Positions 27,451-37,011 of a DNA stretch of 64,000 nucleotides are shown in pieces; position 1 is the stretch's first letter; each line of letters starts with the position of its first letter. Made by a program: the position numbers and the translations under genes. The DNA comes from a virus, in the IMG/VR virus record IMGVR_UViG_3300017613_002261, one strand, 5' to 3'. The notes under the pieces are model-generated. The model was given only the letters and a program-made list of their open reading frames with translations, ran no database searches and had not been told where the DNA came from.

Positions 27451-28068
27451 TTATTTAACTCTCTTCAAAGCGGATGAATCTCCCCTAGGATCTTTAATTA
27501 CTTCATAATGTAAGTTTGCGTGATTTGCAAAATTCTTGTTGTGAGTTACTAAAAAGACATCTAGTCCGTGATCTTTACAAAGAGTATTTATAAACTCTGA
27601 AACATCAGGAACGTACTCATCTGCTATTTTAGCTAGGTGCTCATCAAGAATAAGCAAGGGAAGCAGCCCTTTATTTGAAATGTAAAAAATACGAAGTACT
27701 AATGAAATAAATTCAATAACTCCGGCCCCATTACCTGACTTAGTAGGTACTGGACTCATATCACCTTTTATTAAAGTAATATCCGCTCTCTTACTTGTTT
27801 CTGATATCTCAAACTTAACAATATACTTATCTCGAAATATCTTAGAAACAGCATCAGATAAAATAGTCTCTAACTCTGTCTTGTCTTCGTCTAAATATGC
27901 TTTGCTTATTGTCTTAAGCACATCTCTCGAAACATCAGAAACCTTCTCAACTTTACGCATGTCCTCAATGTCATCATACATATTTTTAACATGCTGATAA
28001 GATTCATTATTTACTGTTTCTACTTTTGAGATAAGAGTGCCTAAATCTTTTGAAAGATCTAAAATCAC
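27451..28068 (-). CDS. sbcC: SbcC/Rad50 C-terminal ATPase lobe
   Basis: SGNGAG signature-like motif, LLILDEH Walker B, and LVTHN H-loop. GTG start one nt after the preceding stop. Confidence 0.65.
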   Translation of the reverse strand: MILDLSKDLGTLISKVETVNNESYQHVKNMYDDIEDMRKVEKVSDVSRDVLKTISKAYLDEDKTELETILSDAVSKIFRDKYIVKFEISETSKRADITLIKGDMSPVPTKSGNGAGVIEFISLVLRIFYISNKGLLPLLILDEHLAKIADEYVPDVSEFINTLCKDHGLDVFLVTHNKNFANHANLHYEVIKDPRGDSSALKRVK

Positions 28069-28069
28069 A

Positions 28070-28483
28070 TTAAATTCCTAAGCTTGACTTAACCTGTTCG
28101 AATTTATCACAAATACCAATAACCTCTGGAAACTTCTCTTTAGTGTCCGGATCCCATTGCTGATACACATTACGTAAACTTGAAACTAAGTTGTTTAAAT
28201 TTACAATAGCATTAGAAACAGCAACTTTCTTGTCTTCAAATAACTTGCTTAAGTCATCTTTAGTTCTGATACCAAACATCTCTTGTGCTTTGGTAAATAA
28301 CTCTTTCTCTTGAGTTTTAAGATTAGAAATTCTCTCTTCGTACTTGGAGATATTCTTTGTTAAATCTTCTTTCAAGGTTACTATATCGCTAATGTTCTCT
28401 GGATTAACTTTATCCATCACTGCCTGTACATTCTCTGGAATGTTACCTGTTAAAACATTCTCTCTTAAAGTTTTACCTTCCAT
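28070..28483 (-). CDS. sbcC: SbcC/Rad50 coiled-coil segment
   Basis: 137 aa of heptad-like, charged sequence between the hook-ending ORF and the C-terminal ATPase lobe. Confidence 0.45.
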   Translation of the reverse strand: MEGKTLRENVLTGNIPENVQAVMDKVNPENISDIVTLKEDLTKNISKYEERISNLKTQEKELFTKAQEMFGIRTKDDLSKLFEDKKVAVSNAIVNLNNLVSSLRNVYQQWDPDTKEKFPEVIGICDKFEQVKSSLGI

Positions 28484-28497
28484 TTAAAATCTCCTAA

Positions 28498-29883
28498 TTA
28501 TTTGCCACATAAAGGGCAGTTGTCTAAACTATTTATTTTATTATCTATTATATCTAAAGATAGATACATATCTTTAGATAACTTTTCTAAAGATAATAAT
28601 TCCTTTGTGAAAGTACCTATTGACTGATACATAGAACTTATACGAATAAAATTCTCAAAAACGATTAAATCTTTAACCTGTTCTTGAGAAAGAGACTGAC
28701 ACTGTTCTAAAGATCGTAAATAAGTATCGTCGAACATTACTCTGGCAATGTTCTGATAATCAAACATTATATCTATCTGATGGTTAAAACCTAAAATAGA
28801 AGATTTTAAGGTATTATTTAAGTATATTTCTTTCTCTACAAGATTTAATCCAGTAACTTCGGACTCCATAAGTTTATAAGACTCATACTCATCTATAATA
28901 GGTAATAGACTCTTAAGAATAGGAACTGCGTTGGTACATGCTCGAAGATATGAATCATCATAAGAAAAACTCATTAACTCAAAGAATTCTTGAAGACATG
29001 TGACATCTTTCTCCACATCTTTAAAGGAATCCTCTGACCCCCTAACTACAGAAATTGTATATTCTAAATCTAAAATCTCTTTCTGAATAGAGAATAAATC
29101 ATTAAAATCTGCAATCTTTGTTAAAGTGTCTGAAAAAGAAGTCATAGTAGAAACTACTAATGATGAAAAAGAAGTATTCTTTTCTAATTCTTGTAATGAT
29201 TTATCTAACTCTATAAAAGAATCCAAGCTCTGTAAGTCATTGTATACTCCCTCATACTGAGAGGAGAAAAACTCTAATTGTTTTTGTGCACTATTCAAAT
29301 CTCGTTGATTATACTCAGTGTAAGCTTTGTCATAATCTGAAGATAGTTTAGATAATAAAACCTTAGTACTATGATTCTCTGAATTAATATCCGCATCTAT
29401 CTCTGATAGAACAGAAAGATTGAATACGAGTAGCAGTGCTCGATGTAAATTCTCTTTAGAGTCTATTAATAAAAAAGGAGGATCATACCACTGAGCAATT
29501 TGAGGGTTGATAGATAGTTTGTCATTTACTTTAAGCTCACCTACATTAATACGCTCATCAAATTCTCTAATGTTTGAATACTTCTCGAAGAATTGGCCTG
29601 TAGCGACATCTTTATATAATTGTTTACTTTTCTTCTTTTTCTTCCAAAGAACTTCTCGATTGTTAAGACCGTGTGAAGGATAATTGAAAATTTGCTTAAC
29701 CGATGTTTCATTCTCCCCATCTCTAATGAAGAAATCCCCTGTTTGTCCCTGAATAGGATAAGTAACCGCACGGATAAGTGCAGATTTACCTAAATCGTTT
29801 AATCCTGTAACTACAGTAAAACCATCTATGTCAAAATCAGCTTTCTTAAAAGCCTGAAAATTAGTTAATGAAACATTAATCAT
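28498..29883 (-). CDS. sbcC: SbcC/Rad50 N-terminal ATPase lobe plus coiled coil, ending at the zinc hook
   Basis: GLNDLGKSA Walker A, a long coiled coil, and the last residues are NCPLCGK-stop (CxxC hook). Confidence 0.75.
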   Translation of the reverse strand: MINVSLTNFQAFKKADFDIDGFTVVTGLNDLGKSALIRAVTYPIQGQTGDFFIRDGENETSVKQIFNYPSHGLNNREVLWKKKKKSKQLYKDVATGQFFEKYSNIREFDERINVGELKVNDKLSINPQIAQWYDPPFLLIDSKENLHRALLLVFNLSVLSEIDADINSENHSTKVLLSKLSSDYDKAYTEYNQRDLNSAQKQLEFFSSQYEGVYNDLQSLDSFIELDKSLQELEKNTSFSSLVVSTMTSFSDTLTKIADFNDLFSIQKEILDLEYTISVVRGSEDSFKDVEKDVTCLQEFFELMSFSYDDSYLRACTNAVPILKSLLPIIDEYESYKLMESEVTGLNLVEKEIYLNNTLKSSILGFNHQIDIMFDYQNIARVMFDDTYLRSLEQCQSLSQEQVKDLIVFENFIRISSMYQSIGTFTKELLSLEKLSKDMYLSLDIIDNKINSLDNCPLCGK

Positions 29884-29886
29884 ATA

Positions 29887-30114
29887 TTAAAACCTATTAG
29901 AAATTCGCAACAACACCGGAACACCTGCTATAAACTTTATGTTAAAGTCAGAAATAGCATTTCCCTTCTTTATGAATAATACAATTTTATTAGTATCATA
30001 ATCAATAATATGATCCGCATACCACTCTAAAAATGAATACCTATCTTTAATAATAGATACTGCTTCTTCTATAAGTTCTTTAATAGGTTTCTGTTTCTTG
30101 TAAAAACCTCGCAA
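29887..30114 (-). CDS. hypothetical protein
   Basis: 75-aa ORF, tightly packed. Confidence 0.5.
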   Translation of the reverse strand: MRGFYKKQKPIKELIEEAVSIIKDRYSFLEWYADHIIDYDTNKIVLFIKKGNAISDFNIKFIAGVPVLLRISNRF

Positions 30115-30115
30115 A

Positions 30116-30319
30116 TTACTCTCCTTTTAAAATAAAATCTATACAGTATAATGCTCTCGCTAAGAAAGGAGAGAAAGGGTTTAAAATAGGTAAATTCTCT
30201 TTAAGCCATTTGTAGTCTTTCATCTTTGAAATAGGACAAGACATCCTCTTCGTATAATCAGATAAAGAAATTATGGCTGTTCGCACTGATATCTTCTTCA
30301 ATAGTTTCTTATCTCCCAA
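30116..30319 (-). CDS. hypothetical protein
   Basis: 67-aa ORF, tightly packed. Confidence 0.45.
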   Translation of the reverse strand: MGDKKLLKKISVRTAIISLSDYTKRMSCPISKMKDYKWLKENLPILNPFSPFLARALYCIDFILKGE

Positions 30320-30819
30320 ATCATTAAAGGTTCATTAAGAATGCCCTGGCCCTTACTATAAAATGAAAATTCAATAATGTGATTAGGAAAGTAATCTAAC
30401 CAAGAGTCCATCACATCAAACCAAGGTCCCATAAGTATCTTCAATTGAAGCTTTCCTAATCTCTTATTTAGTAGAGTATCTTTAATTACAACTTTATCAA
30501 ATGAACATTCTGCAAACATTCCGTTCCAATGACCTTGAACAATTATTGCATCATCATCAAGTACTTTGGTAATAGTAGTAAAGGGTAATAAAGAACGTTC
30601 CTGCTGATTTATAAAAAAGACCATATCTAAAGTGTAGAAAACAGGAGACTTGCCTCCAATCTGTTTCTTATATCGAAACATCCACTTAGTATTAAAATCG
30701 AATGAGAGATACTGTCTCAAGAAATCATTTGTACTGTACATAACCGCAGAGTTTAATACCCCCTCTTTTTCTTTTAAGAAAGAATACCACTGCGCTTTAT
30801 TGTCAATAGATTTAAGCAT
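30298..30819 (-). CDS. hypothetical protein
   Basis: 173-aa ORF, no motif recognised. Confidence 0.55.
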   Translation of the reverse strand: MLKSIDNKAQWYSFLKEKEGVLNSAVMYSTNDFLRQYLSFDFNTKWMFRYKKQIGGKSPVFYTLDMVFFINQQERSLLPFTTITKVLDDDAIIVQGHWNGMFAECSFDKVVIKDTLLNKRLGKLQLKILMGPWFDVMDSWLDYFPNHIIEFSFYSKGQGILNEPLMIWEIRNY

Positions 30820-31567
30820 GTCTGAAGGACCGATACTCGATTTCTTCTTCTATAAATTTACAGCATTCTGTAAATTTACGATTAACAAATAAATATTCTA
30901 AGACATCTATCATTGATACTACAGAAATAACCGGAATATCAATAACATCTTTTAAGAATGAAGATGCCCTATTCCTCTTTTTGAGGGAAGAATTACTTAA
31001 ATAAGAAACTTCAGAATCTTCCGGGTTAATAATATTCATCCTATCAAGGAATACAATAACCGCAACAGGTTTACCTCCCTGAGAAATAACATCATTATAA
31101 GCTTCATAAATTGAAGATCCTGTGGTTAGTACATCATCAATAAGGACGACATCCTTACTTTCTAAAATCTCTCCACAATAAATGTCCGTATCTTTCTTTT
31201 TAAAGGAATAAGATAAACGGCAATTATATGTTCCACGACCTTCTCTCTCCTTATGGAGAAATTCCGATTTAGCGTCGCGGGCTGATTCTTGAAATAATGT
31301 TAATGAAATTGCTAAAGGAATTGCTTTATAAGACACTCCATAAATTACTTTATCCCCATAAAGTAATTCGTTCTGATATAATGTTTCATAAAAGAACTTT
31401 CCTACTCTACCTAAATCATAATCCGTACAAATCCGACTAAAATCAAAATAATATCGAGACTTTATTCCCGATTTTAAAATGAAATCATTCTGCGAAGAAA
31501 AGGATAAAACATTACTTTCTCTAAGCCAACTTACAATTCTTTCTTTTTTAAAAGTGTTTAAAGACAT
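30812..31567 (-). CDS. type I phosphoribosyltransferase (orotate PRTase-like)
   Basis: VVLIDDVLTTGSSIYEA PRPP-binding motif and an N-terminal SRYYFDFSRI segment like PyrE. Confidence 0.6.
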   Translation of the reverse strand: MSLNTFKKERIVSWLRESNVLSFSSQNDFILKSGIKSRYYFDFSRICTDYDLGRVGKFFYETLYQNELLYGDKVIYGVSYKAIPLAISLTLFQESARDAKSEFLHKEREGRGTYNCRLSYSFKKKDTDIYCGEILESKDVVLIDDVLTTGSSIYEAYNDVISQGGKPVAVIVFLDRMNIINPEDSEVSYLSNSSLKKRNRASSFLKDVIDIPVISVVSMIDVLEYLFVNRKFTECCKFIEEEIEYRSFRHA

Positions 31568-31607
31568 ATTCAGTAGAACTCCCTATTAATCTCTTTATTA
31601 TAAATAA

Positions 31608-31640
31608 TAGAGATTAAAGTTTAATTACCTTTAATCTCTA
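31608..31640 (-). terminator. 12-bp perfect hairpin followed by a U-rich tract on the minus strand
   Basis: TAGAGATTAAAG-9 nt-CTTTAATCTCTA, then TTATTTAT on the coding strand, directly after the gene 31660-31911. Confidence 0.4.
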
Positions 31641-31659
31641 ATTTATTATACAAATTACT

Positions 31660-31911
31660 TTAAGAAACAGAAAGGAATTCTTCGTCTGATAGATTGTCAA
31701 TGCTCTCATCAAAATCACCTGCTGCAAACTGCTTCATAACTTCAAGATTATCCAGAACCGCTTGAACTTTCTTTTGGGAAAGTTGAAATTGTCCCCTAGG
31801 AAACGATCCCTTGATCGAAACCATCCGATGGCCTTTAAATAGTAAAAAACCGCTTACTTCAGGTTTTACTTCTCCAGGTGATGTTCCTCTTTTGACTGTT
31901 TTTAGTTCCAT
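31660..31911 (-). CDS. hypothetical protein with acidic C-terminus
   Basis: 83-aa ORF ending DFDESIDNLSDEEFLSVS. Confidence 0.5.
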   Translation of the reverse strand: MELKTVKRGTSPGEVKPEVSGFLLFKGHRMVSIKGSFPRGQFQLSQKKVQAVLDNLEVMKQFAAGDFDESIDNLSDEEFLSVS

Positions 31912-31934
31912 AATGGACTCCTTGTTGTTATATT

Positions 31935-33014
31935 TTAAGCCAATTGCAATACACGATTCTTCATGTATTCTGCTGATTTACTATTAGGACATGCATCCTC
32001 AATTAGATTGTTGATATTTGTATATACTTTACACGAATTAGCCAGAGATAGTTTTACTATACCCTGAATGAATATTAACCAATTCCCTGTCTTCTCAAAA
32101 TTAGTAGTGCCCGCTGCCTGTCTGAATTCTACTGTTCTACCTACTTTATGATAATTTCTGAAAGAAATTTTAGAGTATTTCTCAGAGGAAATAAAATAAT
32201 GTTTTAAGTTATTACAGTAACAATTGCCGGTTCTTCTTGATTTAGGAAGTAATTTGTCTATCAGGTCCTGATTACGATAATAAAAGGAATGTAATTGACG
32301 ATCTGTGTTTGAAGGAAAACTTCTTCTTCTACTAAAGCCTATATGAATGTGTAAACCACATGTTTTGTTAACAGTAGCGTTAGAATTAATTAGACTCATC
32401 ACCTCTTTAAGTTTCTTGAGATCGTTTTTTGTCTTCATGATAGGAGTAGATAATTCTTGGCCTCTGGTGTAACCTTCGGTTACTTGAGCATTAGTTGGTC
32501 GAGGAGTGGTATCATATTGAAATGACCATTTACTGTTGCTACCGTGACATGTAGTAATTAATTCATACTTTGATTCCCCTACAGCACGCTTTACTGAGTT
32601 GAACCAGTTAGTGTTTCTTTTTGAGATAAATTCAAATTCAACACCAAAAGTCATTTGAGTATCTAGACCTTGGTATATGTAATCAAGGTCTTCTTCAGAT
32701 TCCTCTACTACTTCAGGAGTAATTGTAGGAGATACAGGACTAGCTGGCGCAAAGTTTAAGTCAACAAACTGTACGCCTTCTTTTAAAGAGATGCTGTATA
32801 CGCCCGGGAATAATTTAGTAATAGTGAATTTCGCATCAGGTTTTCTTGATAAGACAGTGTAATGTCTAATTAAGTTTAGGAAATCTGCTTTAGAGGAGAC
32901 TACATCTTGCATGCCAGAATATTCAAAAGACATGGCAGGATATTCAAAAGAAGCGTTACATGATGGATCTCCGAGGGCTCTCATGAAAAAACCTCTATTT
33001 CTTAATAAAGTCAT
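31935..33014 (-). CDS. amidoligase (Amidoligase_2 / GS-like) family protein
   Basis: FGVEFEF...WSFQYDTT...GQELSTPI...CGLHIHIG pattern. Confidence 0.5.
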   Translation of the reverse strand: MTLLRNRGFFMRALGDPSCNASFEYPAMSFEYSGMQDVVSSKADFLNLIRHYTVLSRKPDAKFTITKLFPGVYSISLKEGVQFVDLNFAPASPVSPTITPEVVEESEEDLDYIYQGLDTQMTFGVEFEFISKRNTNWFNSVKRAVGESKYELITTCHGSNSKWSFQYDTTPRPTNAQVTEGYTRGQELSTPIMKTKNDLKKLKEVMSLINSNATVNKTCGLHIHIGFSRRRSFPSNTDRQLHSFYYRNQDLIDKLLPKSRRTGNCYCNNLKHYFISSEKYSKISFRNYHKVGRTVEFRQAAGTTNFEKTGNWLIFIQGIVKLSLANSCKVYTNINNLIEDACPNSKSAEYMKNRVLQLA

Positions 33015-33116
33015 TTAAATCTCCAAACTCTAAATTATATACAATATATAAACTAAGTTAATAGTTTATAACACTTAATATAATTAAATTTATTTTATAT
33101 TATAATTTTATAACAT

Positions 33117-33554
33117 TTAAGAGGATTTAATTGATTTAATGGATAAGATATCATGTCTATCCTTGTATCTGCGGTTGTTGACATTCTTCTCCGAACGAGA
33201 GCAGTTAACAATCTTGATGTCTTCCTCTTTGAGGAAGACATGCTCTCCATTAACTTCTATAGCCATTAACGTGTCTTTATTGTAATTTAGGCATAGCCTA
33301 CGGAATTTATCTAAAGATAAGAATTGATCTTCGTAATGAAGATTAGGTAACTCAAGCCATTGAGTCTTACCATAAATGTAGAAGATGTTTTCTCTTGCCA
33401 CATAAACAGCATCATAAATAGATGGAAATATCTTGTCTAAATCTTCAGGATGTATAACAGGTTCTAGGTAATTCGGTTCTTCTATATAGTACATGGAATC
33501 GGGATCAATGATGCCTTCTTTAATGTACACTGAGAAATAGTCAATCGGATTCAA
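33117..33554 (-). CDS. hypothetical protein
   Basis: 145-aa ORF. Confidence 0.55.
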   Translation of the reverse strand: MNPIDYFSVYIKEGIIDPDSMYYIEEPNYLEPVIHPEDLDKIFPSIYDAVYVARENIFYIYGKTQWLELPNLHYEDQFLSLDKFRRLCLNYNKDTLMAIEVNGEHVFLKEEDIKIVNCSRSEKNVNNRRYKDRHDILSIKSIKSS

Positions 33555-33805
33555 TCGTTCTCCAAATCCCTAATCAAAGAGATTATATCACATTTTACTT
33601 TTGAAATAGGTAAATTAATTACCTTCTTTAATCGATGAATAATATGAGTCATATCATTCCGCAAAGTCTCATTATCACGAATAACAGGTGACTGCAATAA
33701 ATTTAGATTATTATACAATAATTGTAGATTATCGTATTTAGATTTTAGTTTATTGTATTCTATACGAAGAGTATCGTTCTCTTTTATTAGATCTTGGTCT
33801 TGCAT
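33551..33805 (-). CDS. hypothetical coiled-coil protein
   Basis: 84-aa ORF with a 4-nt overlap to the neighbour. Confidence 0.5.
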   Translation of the reverse strand: MQDQDLIKENDTLRIEYNKLKSKYDNLQLLYNNLNLLQSPVIRDNETLRNDMTHIIHRLKKVINLPISKVKCDIISLIRDLEND

Positions 33806-34020
33806 TTAGGATCCTTGTCTATATTTAACATGGCAAAATGCAATCTCTTCACATCTGCATAAAATTCAGCTTTTAGTACATTGAAGGTATATTCATATAA
33901 AGAGGCCCTCTCGTCTATCTTAATGAAGATAGACGGAGTTAATCTTTTTGAGAATAGTGCTGGAAACAAGGTTAGGGTCTCCACCAGGAATTTGTATTTC
34001 TCTGAAATATTCTCCATCAA
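33787..34020 (-). CDS. hypothetical protein
   Basis: 77-aa ORF. Confidence 0.45.
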   Translation of the reverse strand: MMENISEKYKFLVETLTLFPALFSKRLTPSIFIKIDERASLYEYTFNVLKAEFYADVKRLHFAMLNIDKDPKCKTKI

Positions 34021-34328
34021 ACAAAAGAAAGAGATGGAACACTTTTCTCTAGAGCTAGAGTGAAAGCATTCTCTTTTAAATGAAATGACTTTAAAGTACG
34101 GATAAGGTAATCACGAATTTTGAAGAAGATACCTTGATACTTAGCACAAATGAATATTATGTCTTCCATACTTAAAAGTAATTTAGAATTTGAAAGCTCT
34201 TTACAGAAGTCTATGACCATCTTTTGAACTAATCTTACCTGATCTTCAATATACATTGATACTACTGATTTATTTATGATATCATAACTCTCGAAAATTG
34301 ATATATATGATTTAAATTCTTTATTCAT
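34017..34328 (-). CDS. hypothetical protein
   Basis: 103-aa ORF with a 4-nt overlap to the neighbour. Confidence 0.5.
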   Translation of the reverse strand: MNKEFKSYISIFESYDIINKSVVSMYIEDQVRLVQKMVIDFCKELSNSKLLLSMEDIIFICAKYQGIFFKIRDYLIRTLKSFHLKENAFTLALEKSVPSLSFV

Positions 34329-34690
34329 ATAAAAATCCCTCCTTTAATATAATTAATATTAATAATTTATTTATAATTAAATACAGTTAAATTATAACAC
34401 TTTAAATAGTTAAGCCACGGATTCTATTACTTGAGGAGGGATACCCCTTCTTTTCTTCATTATAAATCCACTTTGATTTTTATACTCAGTTGAATAGTGA
34501 GATAATGCTACCAAAGCTCCTCATCCATACCCCGCCACATTTAAAGCAGATGTACAGAATATCCCTCAAGCATTTCTTTCTTTCCGTCGTTCCAATAAAA
34601 TGTAAATTTCTTCACGATTAATTAATATCCTTCATGTTGTTCGTCTTCAGAGCCGTCCTCGAAATAATTATACTCTATAAGGAATTAAAA

Positions 34691-35410
34691 CTAATGTTTT
34701 CTTTCCTCCCTGTCTTTACGGAAAGATCTTCTGTCGAATCCTTTTGATAGGATTATGATATCATCCCCACCTACGGGGACATCTGAGTCCGGTCTAATAT
34801 TCTGGTTTGAAATAAACATATCTATTTCTTGAAAGGCTAGAGGGGCGGTGAACTCAGTATGGAATTTGATTTTATGTAAAACAGGATTTACTATAACACA
34901 GGACTTTGATACGTAGAAGACAGGAGTATCGTATTTATTGAAGTACGATAGATACTTATCAGGGCTTGATATAAAATTTCGCCAGTATCTCTTTTCTTTA
35001 AAAATGATTGATTTGTTTATTTTTGTAAGGAATGCATTACAGTTACTTAAGGGAGCGTTAGCTCGTGATAATGATAAATATTCATTTTCGAGGTTATTTC
35101 GTAAAGTATAAAAGGATCTTCCTTTATCTCTGTAAGTATATACTCGTTCTTCGGAAAATGGAACTATTCTCAGATATCTTTTACATAATTCTATAGCAAG
35201 TGGAGATGGGGAAGGAGCGTACGGAAGGATTTCTAAAGGGGTTATTATTCTATAAAGCTTCCCACAAAATCCAAGAATTTGATCATCAGAGACGGGCTTC
35301 GGAATATCATCTGTGAATTCCTCAGTCTTTCTAATGTAGAAGTGCTTCGGGTCAATACCAAAGCACGATGCATAATCGTAGTAATCTTTATATGATGAAA
35401 TTATTCTCAT
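34691..35410 (-). CDS. hypothetical protein
   Basis: 239-aa ORF. Confidence 0.55.
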   Translation of the reverse strand: MRIISSYKDYYDYASCFGIDPKHFYIRKTEEFTDDIPKPVSDDQILGFCGKLYRIITPLEILPYAPSPSPLAIELCKRYLRIVPFSEERVYTYRDKGRSFYTLRNNLENEYLSLSRANAPLSNCNAFLTKINKSIIFKEKRYWRNFISSPDKYLSYFNKYDTPVFYVSKSCVIVNPVLHKIKFHTEFTAPLAFQEIDMFISNQNIRPDSDVPVGGDDIIILSKGFDRRSFRKDREERKH

Positions 35411-35703
35411 ATAGTCGTAAAAAACTCCTTTACTTCGTTAAAGTCTGCTGGCATATCGACGGCTACAACGTCATTATCTAATATTCTAAAAAATAACCGC
35501 CATAAAACCGCATCATCAGGGATTTTATCTTGAAGATCATGATATTTTCTAAGGATACTATCTATTACAGAGAGATGTCTTACTATCTCGTAAGACGATT
35601 TAAGAGATAAAGAGTTCTTATGAATCATAATATGCATAATATCTTTAAAATGAACGTATACAGACGTCATGTCCTGCTCTTTGATTTCTCTACTTAATGA
35701 CAT
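35407..35703 (-). CDS. hypothetical protein
   Basis: 98-aa ORF with a 4-nt overlap. Confidence 0.5.
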   Translation of the reverse strand: MSLSREIKEQDMTSVYVHFKDIMHIMIHKNSLSLKSSYEIVRHLSVIDSILRKYHDLQDKIPDDAVLWRLFFRILDNDVVAVDMPADFNEVKEFFTTI

Positions 35704-35754
35704 AATTGTTTCCTCGGTTTAAGATAAATTTCTTTTTATAATAAGACAGAAATG

Positions 35755-36153
35755 TTATAATACCGTGAACCGTGAATTGAAATGTGATATTCTATTAAGA
35801 TTTACCTTCTCTATACAATTAATTGATTCAAATGGGAGAATTCGAGTCATGCCATCAGCAATGAATTTTATTGCATAAAAATAGCCAGCGTCCCATATTT
35901 TATGAACCTCGAGAATCTCATAAGTTTTTAATGTTTTTGTATCTTGAACCTGCCTGCCTATGAAGACGTGTGAAGATAATTTCGTTGGAATCTTTGATGT
36001 TGAATCGGGCGTGGTTGCCTGAAGATATCTTTGATAGGCTGACATATTTATTTTACATGAGCTGTTTCCTGAACGTACGTGGACGATGTCGTCTGAACGT
36101 AAGGAACCGTCGTATACCCTTGATGAATCTATCTCGTTGAAATAATTTAACAT
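35755..36153 (-). CDS. hypothetical protein
   Basis: I prefer the ATG at 36153 (GGGAGG RBS). The track's start at 36198 lies inside a 22-nt AT palindrome (36177-36198). Confidence 0.5.
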   Translation of the reverse strand: MLNYFNEIDSSRVYDGSLRSDDIVHVRSGNSSCKINMSAYQRYLQATTPDSTSKIPTKLSSHVFIGRQVQDTKTLKTYEILEVHKIWDAGYFYAIKFIADGMTRILPFESINCIEKVNLNRISHFNSRFTVL

Positions 36154-36295
36154 ATTTACCTCCCAATAAATATTTATTGTTATATATATATATAACAATT
36201 TACTGTATTATAATCTATAATACCCTCTTATGGAATATTTAAGTATTTACGAATATTTGATACCTCTATCGGAGTTAAGTATATGAATTTTCATA

Positions 36296-36334
36296 ACAAG
36301 TATAATCATCCTAGATAAAGATGATTATACTTGT
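36296..36334. terminator. 15-bp perfect inverted repeat (hairpin)
   Basis: ACAAGTATAATCATC-9 nt-GATGATTATACTTGT in the 295-nt gap after gene 36494-36703. The T-rich run follows on the plus strand only, so its function is uncertain. Confidence 0.3.
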
Positions 36335-36493
36335 TTGTTTATCTCTTTATGAGATTCTAATATTATTTTTCTACAAGCATTACACATACCTTTAAATTAA
36401 ACTAATTTATTGGCGGGTGGAGATTTATGCCATATAGAAGTAATCTCCATTTATAATGAAATAGGAGTTCGCTTATTCCGGCTCTGACATATC

Positions 36494-36703
36494 TTAATAT
36501 GATTTAATTCTGTCGAGGTAGGGCTGGTATTCTTTAAAACATTCTTTGTAAAATTGCTCAACATCGAAACTCTGTTTCATGTATAAGATCTTATTGGAAA
36601 CAATCAGGTATAGATAATCCCCATCGTTGATGTAGACATATGATAAAGATTTTCCTCTATACTTTCCAAAAGTGAAAATGTAATCATGACTAATTTCTAT
36701 CAC
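36494..36703 (-). CDS. hypothetical protein
   Basis: 69-aa ORF. Confidence 0.5.
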   Translation of the reverse strand: MIEISHDYIFTFGKYRGKSLSYVYINDGDYLYLIVSNKILYMKQSFDVEQFYKECFKEYQPYLDRIKSY

Positions 36704-36939
36704 TTACTAATCTCCTTGAGATAAATTATTTCACAAAGAAAACTAACATACCTTAATTCAGTAGATCTATAATCAGGTACTGGTTCATATGAAGTGAATG
36801 GAGTATATCTTATTGATATTACATCAATTGGATGGTCAGAAAGGAAAGAGTTTACCTTTTCCTCTAACCTATTCAAATCACAGTCCTCTATAAGTTTAGT
36901 TACTATAGGGTGTTGTAAAGTACTTCGTACTCTAATCAT
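36700..36939 (-). CDS. hypothetical protein
   Basis: 79-aa ORF with a 4-nt overlap. Confidence 0.5.
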   Translation of the reverse strand: MIRVRSTLQHPIVTKLIEDCDLNRLEEKVNSFLSDHPIDVISIRYTPFTSYEPVPDYRSTELRYVSFLCEIIYLKEISK

Positions 36940-37011
36940 TGTTATCTCCTAATATTAATATAATTATATACTATATACTATATATAAAAGGAAAATAACA
37001 TATATTAACCA

